The notes beneath the pieces are model-generated. The model saw only the letters and a list, made by a program, of their open reading frames with translations. It did no database searches and was not told the origin of the DNA. A DNA stretch of 64,000 nt. Origin: Bryobacterales bacterium (lineage in GTDB: Bacteria > Acidobacteriota > Terriglobia > Bryobacterales > UBA6623). This document shows positions 45,608 through 54,707 of this stretch, one piece after another. How positions within the stretch are numbered: the stretch's first letter is position 1; each line of letters begins with the position of its first letter. A program made the position numbers and the translations under genes. The stretch lies in assembly GCA_963422305.1 (NCBI GenBank), contig OY729422.1, positions 4,185,289-4,249,288 on the forward strand, in the 5' to 3' direction.

Positions 45608-46237
45608 ATGTCGGAAGCACATGCGGCCGCGGCCGAACCGACATGGCAAGGGGGCGGCGCTCCTTTTGCCGTTGGAATGAAAAAATTCGGGATGTGGCTG
45701 TTCATCGTCTCGGATTCCCTGACGTTTTCCGCCCTGCTGGTGGCCTATAGCTATGTTCGCGCGGCAAACGACTGGCCCACGCCGTTCCATTTCTTCCCTT
45801 CAATCGTTTTCGCGTCAGTGATGACGCTGGTGCTGCTGTCGAGCAGCTTGACCATGGTTTACGGCGTTTCCGCCGCGCATCACGGCGCCCGGCGGGCCGC
45901 CGTCAAATGGATTTGGCTCACGGCGCTCTGCGGGCTGATTTTCGTGGCGCTGCACTCTTACGAGTGGATGCATCTGATGCGCGACGAAGGCATGTACCCT
46001 TGGGAAAACAAATACGGTTCCCCGTTGTTCGGCGGCACGTTTTTCCTGATTACCGGGCTGCATATGTTCCACGTCATCACAGGCATTGCTTATCTCTCGA
46101 TCGTCGCGCTCGGCTATCGCCGCGGTAAATGGGGGGCCGAGGATGTCGAGGTAGCCGGCCTCTACTGGCACTTCGTGGACCTGGTTTGGATGTTCGTCTT
46201 CCCGTTGATTTACCTGTTGTCAACTAACGTGGACTAA
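45608..46237 (+). CDS. Second cytochrome c oxidase subunit III-family protein
   Basis: ..GLHMFHVITGI.. and ..LYWHFVDLVWMFVFPLIYL... Confidence 0.8.
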   Translation: MSEAHAAAAEPTWQGGGAPFAVGMKKFGMWLFIVSDSLTFSALLVAYSYVRAANDWPTPFHFFPSIVFASVMTLVLLSSSLTMVYGVSAAHHGARRAAVKWIWLTALCGLIFVALHSYEWMHLMRDEGMYPWENKYGSPLFGGTFFLITGLHMFHVITGIAYLSIVALGYRRGKWGAEDVEVAGLYWHFVDLVWMFVFPLIYLLSTNVD

Positions 46238-46246
46238 GGACTGAAG

Positions 46247-46798
46247 ATGATTGTTTCGTTGATTGGATATCTGTTTACTTTTGCGTTAGGCATTTGGGGC
46301 GTCGCGACGTTCGCGCAGTTGATCGCCGGAGGCGCGTTGGCGGCTTCCCTGGATAATTTGTTTCTGACGCTCTTTTCCGCGCTGATGGCCGTGCTGTCGT
46401 TCGGTTACTTGGCTTGGCGCTTCAATCCGTCGAAACTCGGGCCTGCCGCCGTCGCGGGAAGCGGCGTCTCTGTCGAACCCTACGTCCTGCCCGAAGATCC
46501 CGTTTACAAAGACGCGCACATACCGATTTTCAACAAGATATGGATGGGACTTCTGGCGCTCACCTTGATCGAGGTCGTTTTGGCCTATGTCCAAATCGCC
46601 GGCGTGCTCGTCATGCTGATGATCTTGCTTGTCTTGTCCGTCATCAAAGCCGGCATGATTATGGGCTGGTTCATGCATCTCAAATTCGACCATCCCATTT
46701 TTTCCTGGGTCGTGGTGGCGCCGGCCGCAGCGTGTATTTTGATCATGTGCGGCTATTTTTTTCCGGACAGCTTCCGGCTGCTGGAGTTGGGATTCTGA
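46247..46798 (+). CDS. Prokaryotic cytochrome c oxidase subunit IV-family protein with N-terminal two-TM extension
   Basis: The C-terminal half (..LALTLIEVVLAYV..VIKAGMIMGWFMHLKFD..) matches the small subunit IV family. Confidence 0.7.
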   Translation: MIVSLIGYLFTFALGIWGVATFAQLIAGGALAASLDNLFLTLFSALMAVLSFGYLAWRFNPSKLGPAAVAGSGVSVEPYVLPEDPVYKDAHIPIFNKIWMGLLALTLIEVVLAYVQIAGVLVMLMILLVLSVIKAGMIMGWFMHLKFDHPIFSWVVVAPAAACILIMCGYFFPDSFRLLELGF

Positions 46799-46824
46799 TT
46801 CGCTCGGGCAAATCCGGCCGCTGC

Positions 46825-47073
46825 TTGGGCCCCGCGTCGCGCTTGCTGCGGGGTCTCATTTACGCAGTTGCTTTTTATTGCTTGCTGGCGGCGCAGGGCG
46901 CGCAGGCTCAGGGCTGCTCGATGTGCCGCGAGACGGCGGCGTATCAGAAGGATCGCGCCGTGAACGCCCTGAAAAACGGGATTGTTCTGCTGGCCATCCC
47001 GCCCCTGGTCATCATCGGCGGAATCGGCTGGATGACATATCGGCGCTGGAACGAATCCGGCGGGTCCGCATAG
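46825..47073 (+). CDS. Possible small exported/membrane protein with CxxC motif
   Basis: Tail of ORF 46414..47073 downstream of coxIV. A TTG start gives a signal-like MGPASRLLRGLIYAVAFYCLLAAQGAQAQ, then GCSMCRETAAYQK and a C-terminal TM segment. No RBS was seen. Confidence 0.3.
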   Translation: MGPASRLLRGLIYAVAFYCLLAAQGAQAQGCSMCRETAAYQKDRAVNALKNGIVLLAIPPLVIIGGIGWMTYRRWNESGGSA

Positions 47074-47177
47074 CAGGCGCATAACCGAGTTCTCGCAGAT
47101 CGAGCCGCGTGCAGCCTTCTTGGAATTCGCCTCACCGCGATTCGTCGGACGAGCGCCCGCCGGTCAGATCGGCTTCG

Positions 47178-48248
47178 ATGCCGCGCGGCGCTGCTCTTCT
47201 CATCGTTACCCTCATTTTCCTTCCCTGCGTCATGGCCTCGGATATTCCCATTGCCCGTTTCGCCCGATTGGCGCTCGACTGTGTTCATCGCGAATATCCG
47301 AACAAGATATCTCACACTCTCGCGAGTGACGCGGACATCGCGCCGCCGCGCGAGCTGACGCCCGCGTTTTACGGATGCTTCGACTGGCACTCGTCTGTTC
47401 ACGGCCACTGGTTGCTGGCGCGGTTAACCCGTCGGTATCCGGACGAAGACTTCGTCTCGGAAGCCCGCGCCGCGTTGTCGAAGAGCCTTAACAAGGAAAA
47501 TATCGAAGCAGAAGTACGCTACGTCAGCGGCGCCGGGCGCAGTACGTTCGAGCGGCCGTACGGGCTTTCCTGGCTGCTGCAACTGGCCGCGGAACTGCGC
47601 ACATGGGACGACCACGAAGCCCGACGCTGGAGCGAGGCGCTCGGACCGCTCGAAACCGTCGCGGCAGAACGAATTTTCAAATGGCTCCCGAAGCTGACTT
47701 ACCCGATCCGAACCGGGGAGCATTCCCAAACCGCCTTTGCGTTCGGACTCATTCTGGACTGGGCGCGGACCGCGGGCAACACAGACATGGCAACTCTGTT
47801 AGAACGCCGCTCACTGGATCTGTACCGTGAAGACCGAGGCTGTCCGCTCGAATACGAACCGAGCGGACAGGACTTTCTTTCGCCCTGCCTGGCCGAGGCG
47901 GACCTCATACGCCGGATTCTCACTCCAGGGAAATTCGCGCTCTGGCTGACCGACTTCGTGCCTTTAATCCCCGAAAACGGTTCGCCGGATTGGTTGCCCG
48001 TCGCGCAAGCGAGCGACCGCGCCGACGGCAAGATCGCTCATCTAGACGGGCTCAACCTCAGCCGGGCGTGGATGCTCGAAGGTATGGCGGCAGGCTTGCC
48101 TGAAGACGACGCGCGCAAGATGTCGATCCATACAGCGGCGAGTGTGCATCGAGAAGCTGGTATGGCCGCCGTGAACGGCAAACACTATGAGGGCGGCCAC
48201 TGGCTGGGCAGCTTCGCCGTGTATTTGATTACGGAACGCGGGATATAG
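47178..48248 (+). CDS. DUF2891 domain protein, secreted
   Basis: CVHREYPNK...FYGCFDWHSSVHGHWLLARL is typical of DUF2891. ATG 47178 gives a signal peptide. Confidence 0.75.
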   Translation: MPRGAALLIVTLIFLPCVMASDIPIARFARLALDCVHREYPNKISHTLASDADIAPPRELTPAFYGCFDWHSSVHGHWLLARLTRRYPDEDFVSEARAALSKSLNKENIEAEVRYVSGAGRSTFERPYGLSWLLQLAAELRTWDDHEARRWSEALGPLETVAAERIFKWLPKLTYPIRTGEHSQTAFAFGLILDWARTAGNTDMATLLERRSLDLYREDRGCPLEYEPSGQDFLSPCLAEADLIRRILTPGKFALWLTDFVPLIPENGSPDWLPVAQASDRADGKIAHLDGLNLSRAWMLEGMAAGLPEDDARKMSIHTAASVHREAGMAAVNGKHYEGGHWLGSFAVYLITERGI

Positions 48249-48272
48249 CAGCCCGCGCGTCCGGCAATCCGC

Positions 48273-49154
48273 CTACCGCAGTATCGGACCAGCGGTTACA
48301 AAGCCGTCCGCGGTCAAAATCTGAAAATGATGGATTCCATGATCGTTGGCGTCAACATGTTTCCAGACGATCTTCTTCTGTCGATCGACTTCGAATAACT
48401 TGATCTCTCCCGCTCCGGCGTGGTAACTCGTAAGCACCGTGTTGCCGTTGCCGAGCCGCTGGGCGCCGCAGGCATCGTCATAGGTCTCGCCCGGCAGGTC
48501 ATCGTTGGCGACGCTCCACACGACATTGCCTTTGGAATCGATCTCGGCGGCCGTGTTGGCTAATGTGAAAGTCGTCAAAGTATTACCGTCGGGCAGCCGG
48601 ATTGCTGTGAACGGCCAGTGCGGCGTATCGAACGACCAGACAACTTTTCCTTGTGGCGTGTACTCGCGGAGTTGCTTCTCACCCATCACCGGAACCAGGT
48701 AATTGCCATTCGGCAGCTTGCGCGTCATTCGCGTTTGCAGGTGATGGTTTTCCGTCTGACAATCGATCGAGACTTCATGCAGTACCCGACCTGAACGGTC
48801 GATCTCCAGGATTCGCGGATTATTACCGGCCTCCGTCAACAGGATGCGGCCGCCGGCAAGCGGCTGCACTGTGTTGACCTCGGTTTGCGTTCCGTGGAAC
48901 TCGAAGATCGTATTGCCGGAGCGGTCAACCTCGATGACTGCTCCGCCGTGGTCCTCACCCGGACTCTTCGCAAGCAAAACGTTGCCGCCGGGCAACACCC
49001 AGCCGTCACGGGTCGCGCCAGCGTATTCCCATATCTTTCTGCCGCTGCCGTCGAGAATATAAGTTTTCTTGCCGGTAGCAAAGAACGCGCGCCCTTCGGC
49101 CGCCTTCAAAGTGACGGCGGACCCGGCAAGGGCGAGAAAACTTCGGCGGTTCAT
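48273..49154 (-). CDS. Beta-propeller repeat protein with Tat-type leader (PQQ-like/ASST-like repeats)
   Basis: MNRRSFLALAGSAVTLKA leader, followed by repeated ..G..VW.. / ..LPNGN.. blade-like units. Confidence 0.6.
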   Translation of the reverse strand: MNRRSFLALAGSAVTLKAAEGRAFFATGKKTYILDGSGRKIWEYAGATRDGWVLPGGNVLLAKSPGEDHGGAVIEVDRSGNTIFEFHGTQTEVNTVQPLAGGRILLTEAGNNPRILEIDRSGRVLHEVSIDCQTENHHLQTRMTRKLPNGNYLVPVMGEKQLREYTPQGKVVWSFDTPHWPFTAIRLPDGNTLTTFTLANTAAEIDSKGNVVWSVANDDLPGETYDDACGAQRLGNGNTVLTSYHAGAGEIKLFEVDRQKKIVWKHVDANDHGIHHFQILTADGFVTAGPILR

Positions 49155-49297
49155 CCCGTCGATGGTAGCGCATCGACAGGCTGCCATGGCGCGCTTCTGC
49201 AAGCCTCTGGACCCTTAACCAACGGTCTTCCGCGTACCACCTTTGCTATCTTGAAGAATGCATTTCAGATCGTCCCGAACTCCGCGGGGATCGTCGC

Positions 49298-50635
49298 ATG
49301 GCACAAGCTCTCAACCCGTTGACGGTAATTCCTCGCCTGGATGACACTCAGGCCGGCAACTACTTCGTCTCGAACTACCCTCCGTTTTCGGTTTGGACCG
49401 GAGACCATGCCTCCGCGGCTGTGTCGCGGCTAGGAAAAGCCGGAAGCCCGGAAACGCCGCTCGGGCTCTACGTTCACCTCCCGTTCTGCCGTAAGCGTTG
49501 TAATTTCTGTTACTTCCGAGTCTACACAGACAAGAACCACAATGAGATACAACAATATCTGGGAGCGTTGATCCAAGAGGCCCGGTTGGTCGCGCAGCAT
49601 GACTTCGTTGCCGGTCGCACCCTCGATTTCATCTACTTCGGCGGAGGAACGCCGTCGTATCTGTCCGAGAAGCAATTGACGCGCTTGATGGGCGGCCTGA
49701 AAGACGCGCTCCCTTGGGAGTCGCCCCGGGAAGTTGCGTTCGAGTGCGAGCCGGGCACTTTGAGCGAGCACAAGCTGGAGGCTATCCGCGATTTCGGAAT
49801 CAACCGGCTCAGCCTCGGCGTCGAGAATTTCGACGACGATATCCTCGAGTTGAACAACCGCGCACACCGCTCCAAGGAAATCTACAGAGCATGGGAATGG
49901 CTCGAGAAGATAGACTTCGCGCAAGTCAATCTCGATCTGATTGCCGGGATGGTGGGCGAGACCGACTCCAACTGGCGGCACTGCATCGACGAGACTCTTC
50001 GCCTCGAACCCGAAGCGGTCACTGTCTATCAGATGGAGATACCCTACAACACGACCATCTTCAAGGAAATGAGACAAAAGGGAAGCGCTGCCACTCCGGT
50101 TGCGAACTGGGCGACCAAGCGCCGTTGGGTAGGCGAGGCATTCGAAGCATTAGAAGCTCGGGGATATCACATCGGCAGCGCATACACCGCCGTCAAGGAT
50201 TCTTCAACGATCCGATTCGTTTACCGCGACCAACTCTGGAACGGCGCGGACATGCTCGCCCTCGGCGTTTCTTCCTTCGGACACCTGGATGGCGTTCACT
50301 ATCAGAACGAAGTCAACATCGCCCCCTACATGGAAGCCGTCGGGGCCGGGCGGTTGCCGATTTCCAGAGCATTGCCGATCAGTGCGGAAGAGCGCATGAT
50401 CCGGCAGTTCGTGCTCAATCTGAAGCTCGGCCGCTTGGACCCGCGTCCGTTACGAAAGTGTTTCGGCGTCGACGTCATCGACCGTTGGCGCGGTCTGCTC
50501 GAGGCGTTTCAGGCGCAGGACTTGTTGACATTCAGCGGCGATTCCATCGAGCTGACCCGCGGCGGACTGCTCCAGGTCGACCGCCTGCTTCACGCCTTCT
50601 TTCTGCCCGAGCACGCGCAGATCCGCTACGTCTAG
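49298..50635 (+). CDS. HemN-like radical SAM protein (oxygen-independent coproporphyrinogen oxidase family)
   Basis: LYVHLPFCRKRCNFCYF (CxxxCxxC), GGGTPS and an HemN-like C-terminal domain. Confidence 0.85.
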   Translation: MAQALNPLTVIPRLDDTQAGNYFVSNYPPFSVWTGDHASAAVSRLGKAGSPETPLGLYVHLPFCRKRCNFCYFRVYTDKNHNEIQQYLGALIQEARLVAQHDFVAGRTLDFIYFGGGTPSYLSEKQLTRLMGGLKDALPWESPREVAFECEPGTLSEHKLEAIRDFGINRLSLGVENFDDDILELNNRAHRSKEIYRAWEWLEKIDFAQVNLDLIAGMVGETDSNWRHCIDETLRLEPEAVTVYQMEIPYNTTIFKEMRQKGSAATPVANWATKRRWVGEAFEALEARGYHIGSAYTAVKDSSTIRFVYRDQLWNGADMLALGVSSFGHLDGVHYQNEVNIAPYMEAVGAGRLPISRALPISAEERMIRQFVLNLKLGRLDPRPLRKCFGVDVIDRWRGLLEAFQAQDLLTFSGDSIELTRGGLLQVDRLLHAFFLPEHAQIRYV

Positions 50636-50656
50636 ACCATCTTCTAACCCATATAG

Positions 50657-51940
50657 ATGAGCACGAAACGCGTTCAGAACGGCTACGATGCCGTCATTCT
50701 CGGCGGCGGGCCGGCCGGTTCGACTGCGGCGGCTGTATTGGCCGAAAAAGGTAGGCGTGTCGTGGTGGTCGAGCGAGAAAAATTTCCGCGCTACAAAGTC
50801 GGCGAGTCACTGATCCCCTATTGCTACTTCCCGCTCAAACGCATCGGGATGATCGAGAAACTCCGCAAGTCGAGTTTCATCAAGAAGTACAGCGTGCAAT
50901 TCGCAGCGCCCGACGGACGCATCTCGACTCCGTTCTACTTTTTTCAGCACCTTGAGCACGACGCCTCGCAAACATGGCAAGTCGTCCGCAGCGAGTTCGA
51001 TGCCATGTTACTAGACAACGCCGTGGAGAAAGGCGCCGATGTCATGCCCGAAACCAACGCCAAGCGCTTGCTTATGGACGGCGGGCGCTGTCTCGGTCTT
51101 GAGGTAGAGCAACATGGCGAGACGTTTCACCTGGAAGCTCCGGTAACGATCGACTGCGGCGGCCGCCACGGTTTCGCCGCCACGCAGTTGGGCTGGATCG
51201 TCCCCGACCCGCGGCTCAACAAGATTGCCGTCTGGACTTACTTCAAAGGGGGGATGCGGGACGAAGGCCGCGACGAGGGCGCAACGACCGTCGCCTACCT
51301 GCCCGAGAAAGGCTGGCTCTGGTACATTCCCCTGCCTGACGACATCATCGGCGTCGGTGTTGTGGCGAACCGGAAATATCTTTACCGAGAAGGTAAAAAC
51401 CTGGAAACCGTCCTCAATCGCGAGATCGACGAAAACCGGTGGACCGCCGAACATCTCGCTCCAGCTGAACGAATCGAGAGCATCCAGGTGACCGCCGAAT
51501 ATTCGTACCGCTCGCGTTATTGCGCAAGCGATGGTCTCGTGCTGGCGGGAGACGCGTTCTCGTTTCTCGACCCGGTATTCTCATCGGGTGTGTTTCTCGC
51601 GCTGAAAAGCGGTGAAATGGCCGGCGATGCGGTCGACGCGGCTCTTCAAGCCGGCGACACATCTGCCGGCCGGTTCGCTACGTACGGCGAGAAGCTCTGC
51701 TTCGGAATCGAGTCGATGAGGAAGCTGGTCTACGCTTTCTACGACACATCGTTCAGTTTCGGCCGCGTTCTGAGAAAACACCCCGAATTGCGGGGCGATC
51801 TGACCGATTGCCTGATCGGAAACCTGTTCCGCGACTTCGGGCCGCTGTTCGATGCGGTCGCGGAGTTCGCCGAAGTGCCCAAACCCTTGCCCTACGGGAA
51901 AGCCCCGTCTCAGCCTCGACCGGTTGCTTTAGAGGCGTAA
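50657..51940 (+). CDS. FAD-dependent enzyme of the flavin-dependent halogenase family (PltA-like size)
   Basis: GGGPAGS, KVGESLIP...KKYSVQF, WxWxIP motif GWLWYIP (nt 51314-51331) and FSFLDPVFSSG (the Fx.Px.Sx.G motif). Confidence 0.7.
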   Translation: MSTKRVQNGYDAVILGGGPAGSTAAAVLAEKGRRVVVVEREKFPRYKVGESLIPYCYFPLKRIGMIEKLRKSSFIKKYSVQFAAPDGRISTPFYFFQHLEHDASQTWQVVRSEFDAMLLDNAVEKGADVMPETNAKRLLMDGGRCLGLEVEQHGETFHLEAPVTIDCGGRHGFAATQLGWIVPDPRLNKIAVWTYFKGGMRDEGRDEGATTVAYLPEKGWLWYIPLPDDIIGVGVVANRKYLYREGKNLETVLNREIDENRWTAEHLAPAERIESIQVTAEYSYRSRYCASDGLVLAGDAFSFLDPVFSSGVFLALKSGEMAGDAVDAALQAGDTSAGRFATYGEKLCFGIESMRKLVYAFYDTSFSFGRVLRKHPELRGDLTDCLIGNLFRDFGPLFDAVAEFAEVPKPLPYGKAPSQPRPVALEA

Positions 51941-51963
51941 GCTGAATTGGAGGGAATTTCTTC

Positions 51964-52809
51964 ATGAAACTCTCACAAATCCGAAACGGCGACGGCTTGG
52001 TCGCGGCAATCGAAACGGCCGGCGGCTACCGCCTCATCCCCGGCCACACGACCGCTTCGTTGATCGCGGCAGCCGAGGTTTCGCAAAAACCGCTCGCCGA
52101 CCTTGCCGCCGAGACCGCATCGGATCGGGTAACGGCCGCTGAGCCGTTCGTCCCGATCCATCCCGCGGAAGTTTGGGCGTGCGGCTGCACCTATGCCCCC
52201 AGCGCGGACTTTCGAGACGGCGAGTTGGGCACACGTGAAGGGATGTATTCCTACGTTCACAAGATCGAGAATCGGCCGGAGATATTTTTCAAGGGTACGG
52301 CGCGTGTCTGCGTGGGTCCCGGAGAAAAAATCGGCATCCGCAGGGACTCCTCTTTTACGGCGCCGGAACCTGAATTGGGCATTGTGATCGACTCGCGGGG
52401 AGAAATCGTAGCTTACACGATTGGAAACGATGTTTCCGCCTGGGATATCGAACGGGAAAACGCGCTTTACCTGCCTCAGTCGAAGGTTTACGACGCTTGC
52501 TGCTCCCTCGGCCCCGTCATCGTCACCCCCGACGAAATCGTCGATCCCTACAACCTTCAAATGAGTTGTACGATTACACGTGGCGCGCGGACGACATTCG
52601 AAGGCTCCGTTTCCACAGGTAAGCTGAGGCGCAAGCTCGAGGATATTGTGCATTACCTGACGGCGAGCAACCGCGTACCGACGCCGACCGTGATCCTGAC
52701 CGGCACGGGAATCATCGTGGAACAAGACGCCGCTCTGACCGAGGGCGACGTCTGCTCGATCACCGTACCCGAGATCGGAACGCTCTCGAATCCGGCCGCG
52801 GTTGTCTGA
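51964..52809 (+). CDS. Fumarylacetoacetate hydrolase (FAH) family protein
   Basis: ..FFKGTARVCVGPGEKIGIRRDSSFTAPEPELGIVID..IGNDVSAWDIE..YLPQSKVYD.. is typical of FAH/2-keto-3-deoxy-pentonate dehydratase-type enzymes. Confidence 0.8.
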   Translation: MKLSQIRNGDGLVAAIETAGGYRLIPGHTTASLIAAAEVSQKPLADLAAETASDRVTAAEPFVPIHPAEVWACGCTYAPSADFRDGELGTREGMYSYVHKIENRPEIFFKGTARVCVGPGEKIGIRRDSSFTAPEPELGIVIDSRGEIVAYTIGNDVSAWDIERENALYLPQSKVYDACCSLGPVIVTPDEIVDPYNLQMSCTITRGARTTFEGSVSTGKLRRKLEDIVHYLTASNRVPTPTVILTGTGIIVEQDAALTEGDVCSITVPEIGTLSNPAAVV

Positions 52810-52950
52810 CGAGACCTGTGCGCCGGAGGTGTAGGGGAACGATTCGGACGCCGGCAATCCGGATGCTTTGAGGAACGGCGACGCTTCCACGCAGTTGTGC
52901 CTCAGCCGCGTATCCGCTCTGACTTCATCTTTTATCGATTCGCTTATCCA

Positions 52951-52984
52951 CTACACTGGTATTGCTACTACACTGGTATTGCTA
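52951..52984. repeat. Two perfect tandem copies of a 17-nt unit (ctacactggtattgcta)
   Basis: Read directly at 52951-52967 and 52968-52984, in an AT-richer gap about 90 nt upstream of ATG 53072. Confidence 0.9.
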
Positions 52985-53071
52985 CAGTAACTTCGTGGCG
53001 CGTCGCATGATCCGGGAAGAACTGACCGCTCAAAGTCGGCTGGCGTGCTTGTCCGCGAAGGAGAATCCCCG

Positions 53072-53353
53072 ATGCCTGTAAGCTCTCCCGAACGTCCTGC
53101 CGGCGCCCTCTTCCGCGCCCTGCGCAACGCCGATGTGGAGGCCGAATCGGCCTACGAAGCCGTCGAGGAAGTCCGCGACATGGCCGGTCACAACGTCATC
53201 GCAGAACTCGGCGTCCGCATCGACCGCACCGAAACCGAACTCGGCGCCCGCATCGATACTCTGCAGAAAGTGCTCCGGCCTCTCGTCATCGCCGTATCCG
53301 TCGCTCTCCTGAGCGCGGTTGCCGAAGGGATGTTCGCGCTTTTCAGGAGTTGA
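53072..53353 (+). CDS. Small coiled-coil protein with C-terminal TM helix (DUF1640-like pattern)
   Basis: AAGGAG Shine-Dalgarno 8 nt upstream of ATG 53072. Contains ..IAELGVRIDRTETELGARIDTLQKVLRPLVIAVSVALLSAV... Confidence 0.55.
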   Translation: MPVSSPERPAGALFRALRNADVEAESAYEAVEEVRDMAGHNVIAELGVRIDRTETELGARIDTLQKVLRPLVIAVSVALLSAVAEGMFALFRS

Positions 53354-53419
53354 CCGCGCCCGACCGAGAAGGAGATATCCCGAGACATCCAGCAACCGCG
53401 CGGCCTCCCCGGCCCATAG

Positions 53420-54214
53420 CTAGCGCCCTTGGAAATTCGGCTTACGTTTCTCAACGAATGCGCGGGCGCCTTCACGGTGATCGTCGGTTTGCGCACAGCG
53501 CAGGTGCGTGAGCGCCTCGCGTTCGAGAATCGCGCGAAAGTTCGAGTCAACTGCCAAATTCACGTTTTCCTTCATGTAGCGATAGCTCACGCCCGGCCCC
53601 GCCGCAATGCGCGCGGCTATTTCGCACGTCTCGGCCATCAGTCGCTCGTGCTCGACGACGCGATTGGCCAGTCCCAGGCGATGGGCTTCGGCTGCGCCTA
53701 GGTTTTCGGCCAGAAAAAACATCTCCTTGGCCTTGGCCGGACCGACCAACCGGGTCAACTGCCAAGTCGTACCGTAATCGCCGCCGAGACCTACCCGAGC
53801 GTACGCCGTGCCGAATTGCGCTTTGTCCGAGGCAATGCGGATATCGCAGGAAAGCGCAATACCGAGTCCCGCTCCGACGGCGTATCCGTTGACCGCCGCG
53901 ATGGTCGGTTTGGGCAATGAATGCAGTTGCCACGAAAACTCCTGCCCCGAACGCAGCCCGTCCAGTTTTTCCTCGAACGTCTTGGGCGCTTTATCGGCGG
54001 CCATTTTGTCGACGTCGCCGCCCGCGCAAAACGCCCGCCCGGCCCCCGTGAGGATGACAACCCGCACTTCCGGGTCGGCCGCGAACTCGGCAAGATATTG
54101 CTTGCCCAAGCTCGACATCTCGGCACTCAGGGCATTCAGTTTGTGCGGCTGATTCATGGTCAAGACGGCAATGCCGTCTCCGACCGACATTTGGAGAGAG
54201 CTGGATTTTCTCAT
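53420..54214 (-). CDS. Enoyl-CoA hydratase/isomerase (crotonase) family protein
   Basis: ..VVILTGAGRAFCAGGD.., ..PTIAAVNGYAVGAGLGIAL.., ..FVEKRKPNFQGR. The start is taken at MRKSSS. Confidence 0.9.
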   Translation of the reverse strand: MRKSSSLQMSVGDGIAVLTMNQPHKLNALSAEMSSLGKQYLAEFAADPEVRVVILTGAGRAFCAGGDVDKMAADKAPKTFEEKLDGLRSGQEFSWQLHSLPKPTIAAVNGYAVGAGLGIALSCDIRIASDKAQFGTAYARVGLGGDYGTTWQLTRLVGPAKAKEMFFLAENLGAAEAHRLGLANRVVEHERLMAETCEIAARIAAGPGVSYRYMKENVNLAVDSNFRAILEREALTHLRCAQTDDHREGARAFVEKRKPNFQGR

Positions 54215-54707
54215 GAAATCACAATCCGTTCCACAAATCGTAACGCAGTTTTCTTTGACGGGCAAGCCGTGCGAGATCGCGGCCGCAAGCACTCGGCGGA
54301 TGTCGTCTGTCTGAATCGCCGGCGCCCCGATCCGGTCGCCGCGCCCGCCACGGTCGAACCCGCCGGCAACGCATATTGCTCCATACCGTAGCTTTGGCGC
54401 CCTCGATTGGCGACCGGAACGCCCAGCCGACGCTCCAGCCAGACGCTCCAGGTAAACGAGTCATCGAGGAATAGGATGCGCGCTGCGGCCGGCCGCGGTG
54501 CCAATCTCGACAAGCATCCAGCCGACCACTGCGGCGGCAGCGGCGAATCCTACATTGCGTCCGTGGGCACGGCCCGTCACGGACTAAAAGTGCAGCGAAC
54601 GCGCCGCTTGCGGTACGCGTTGCAGGAATCTATAATTGTTCAGGGTAATTTTCGCTTCGCCGTTGCGGGAAGAGAGAGGAACTCTCATACTATCAAGGGG
54701 GGAATTC

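Noticed and set aside
46414-46824. Upstream part of ORF 46414..47073 overlapping the subunit IV gene
   Set aside because: It is out of frame with a recognisable subunit IV-family gene and gives an Arg-rich translation. Only the tail after 46825 was retained, as a low-confidence small ORF.
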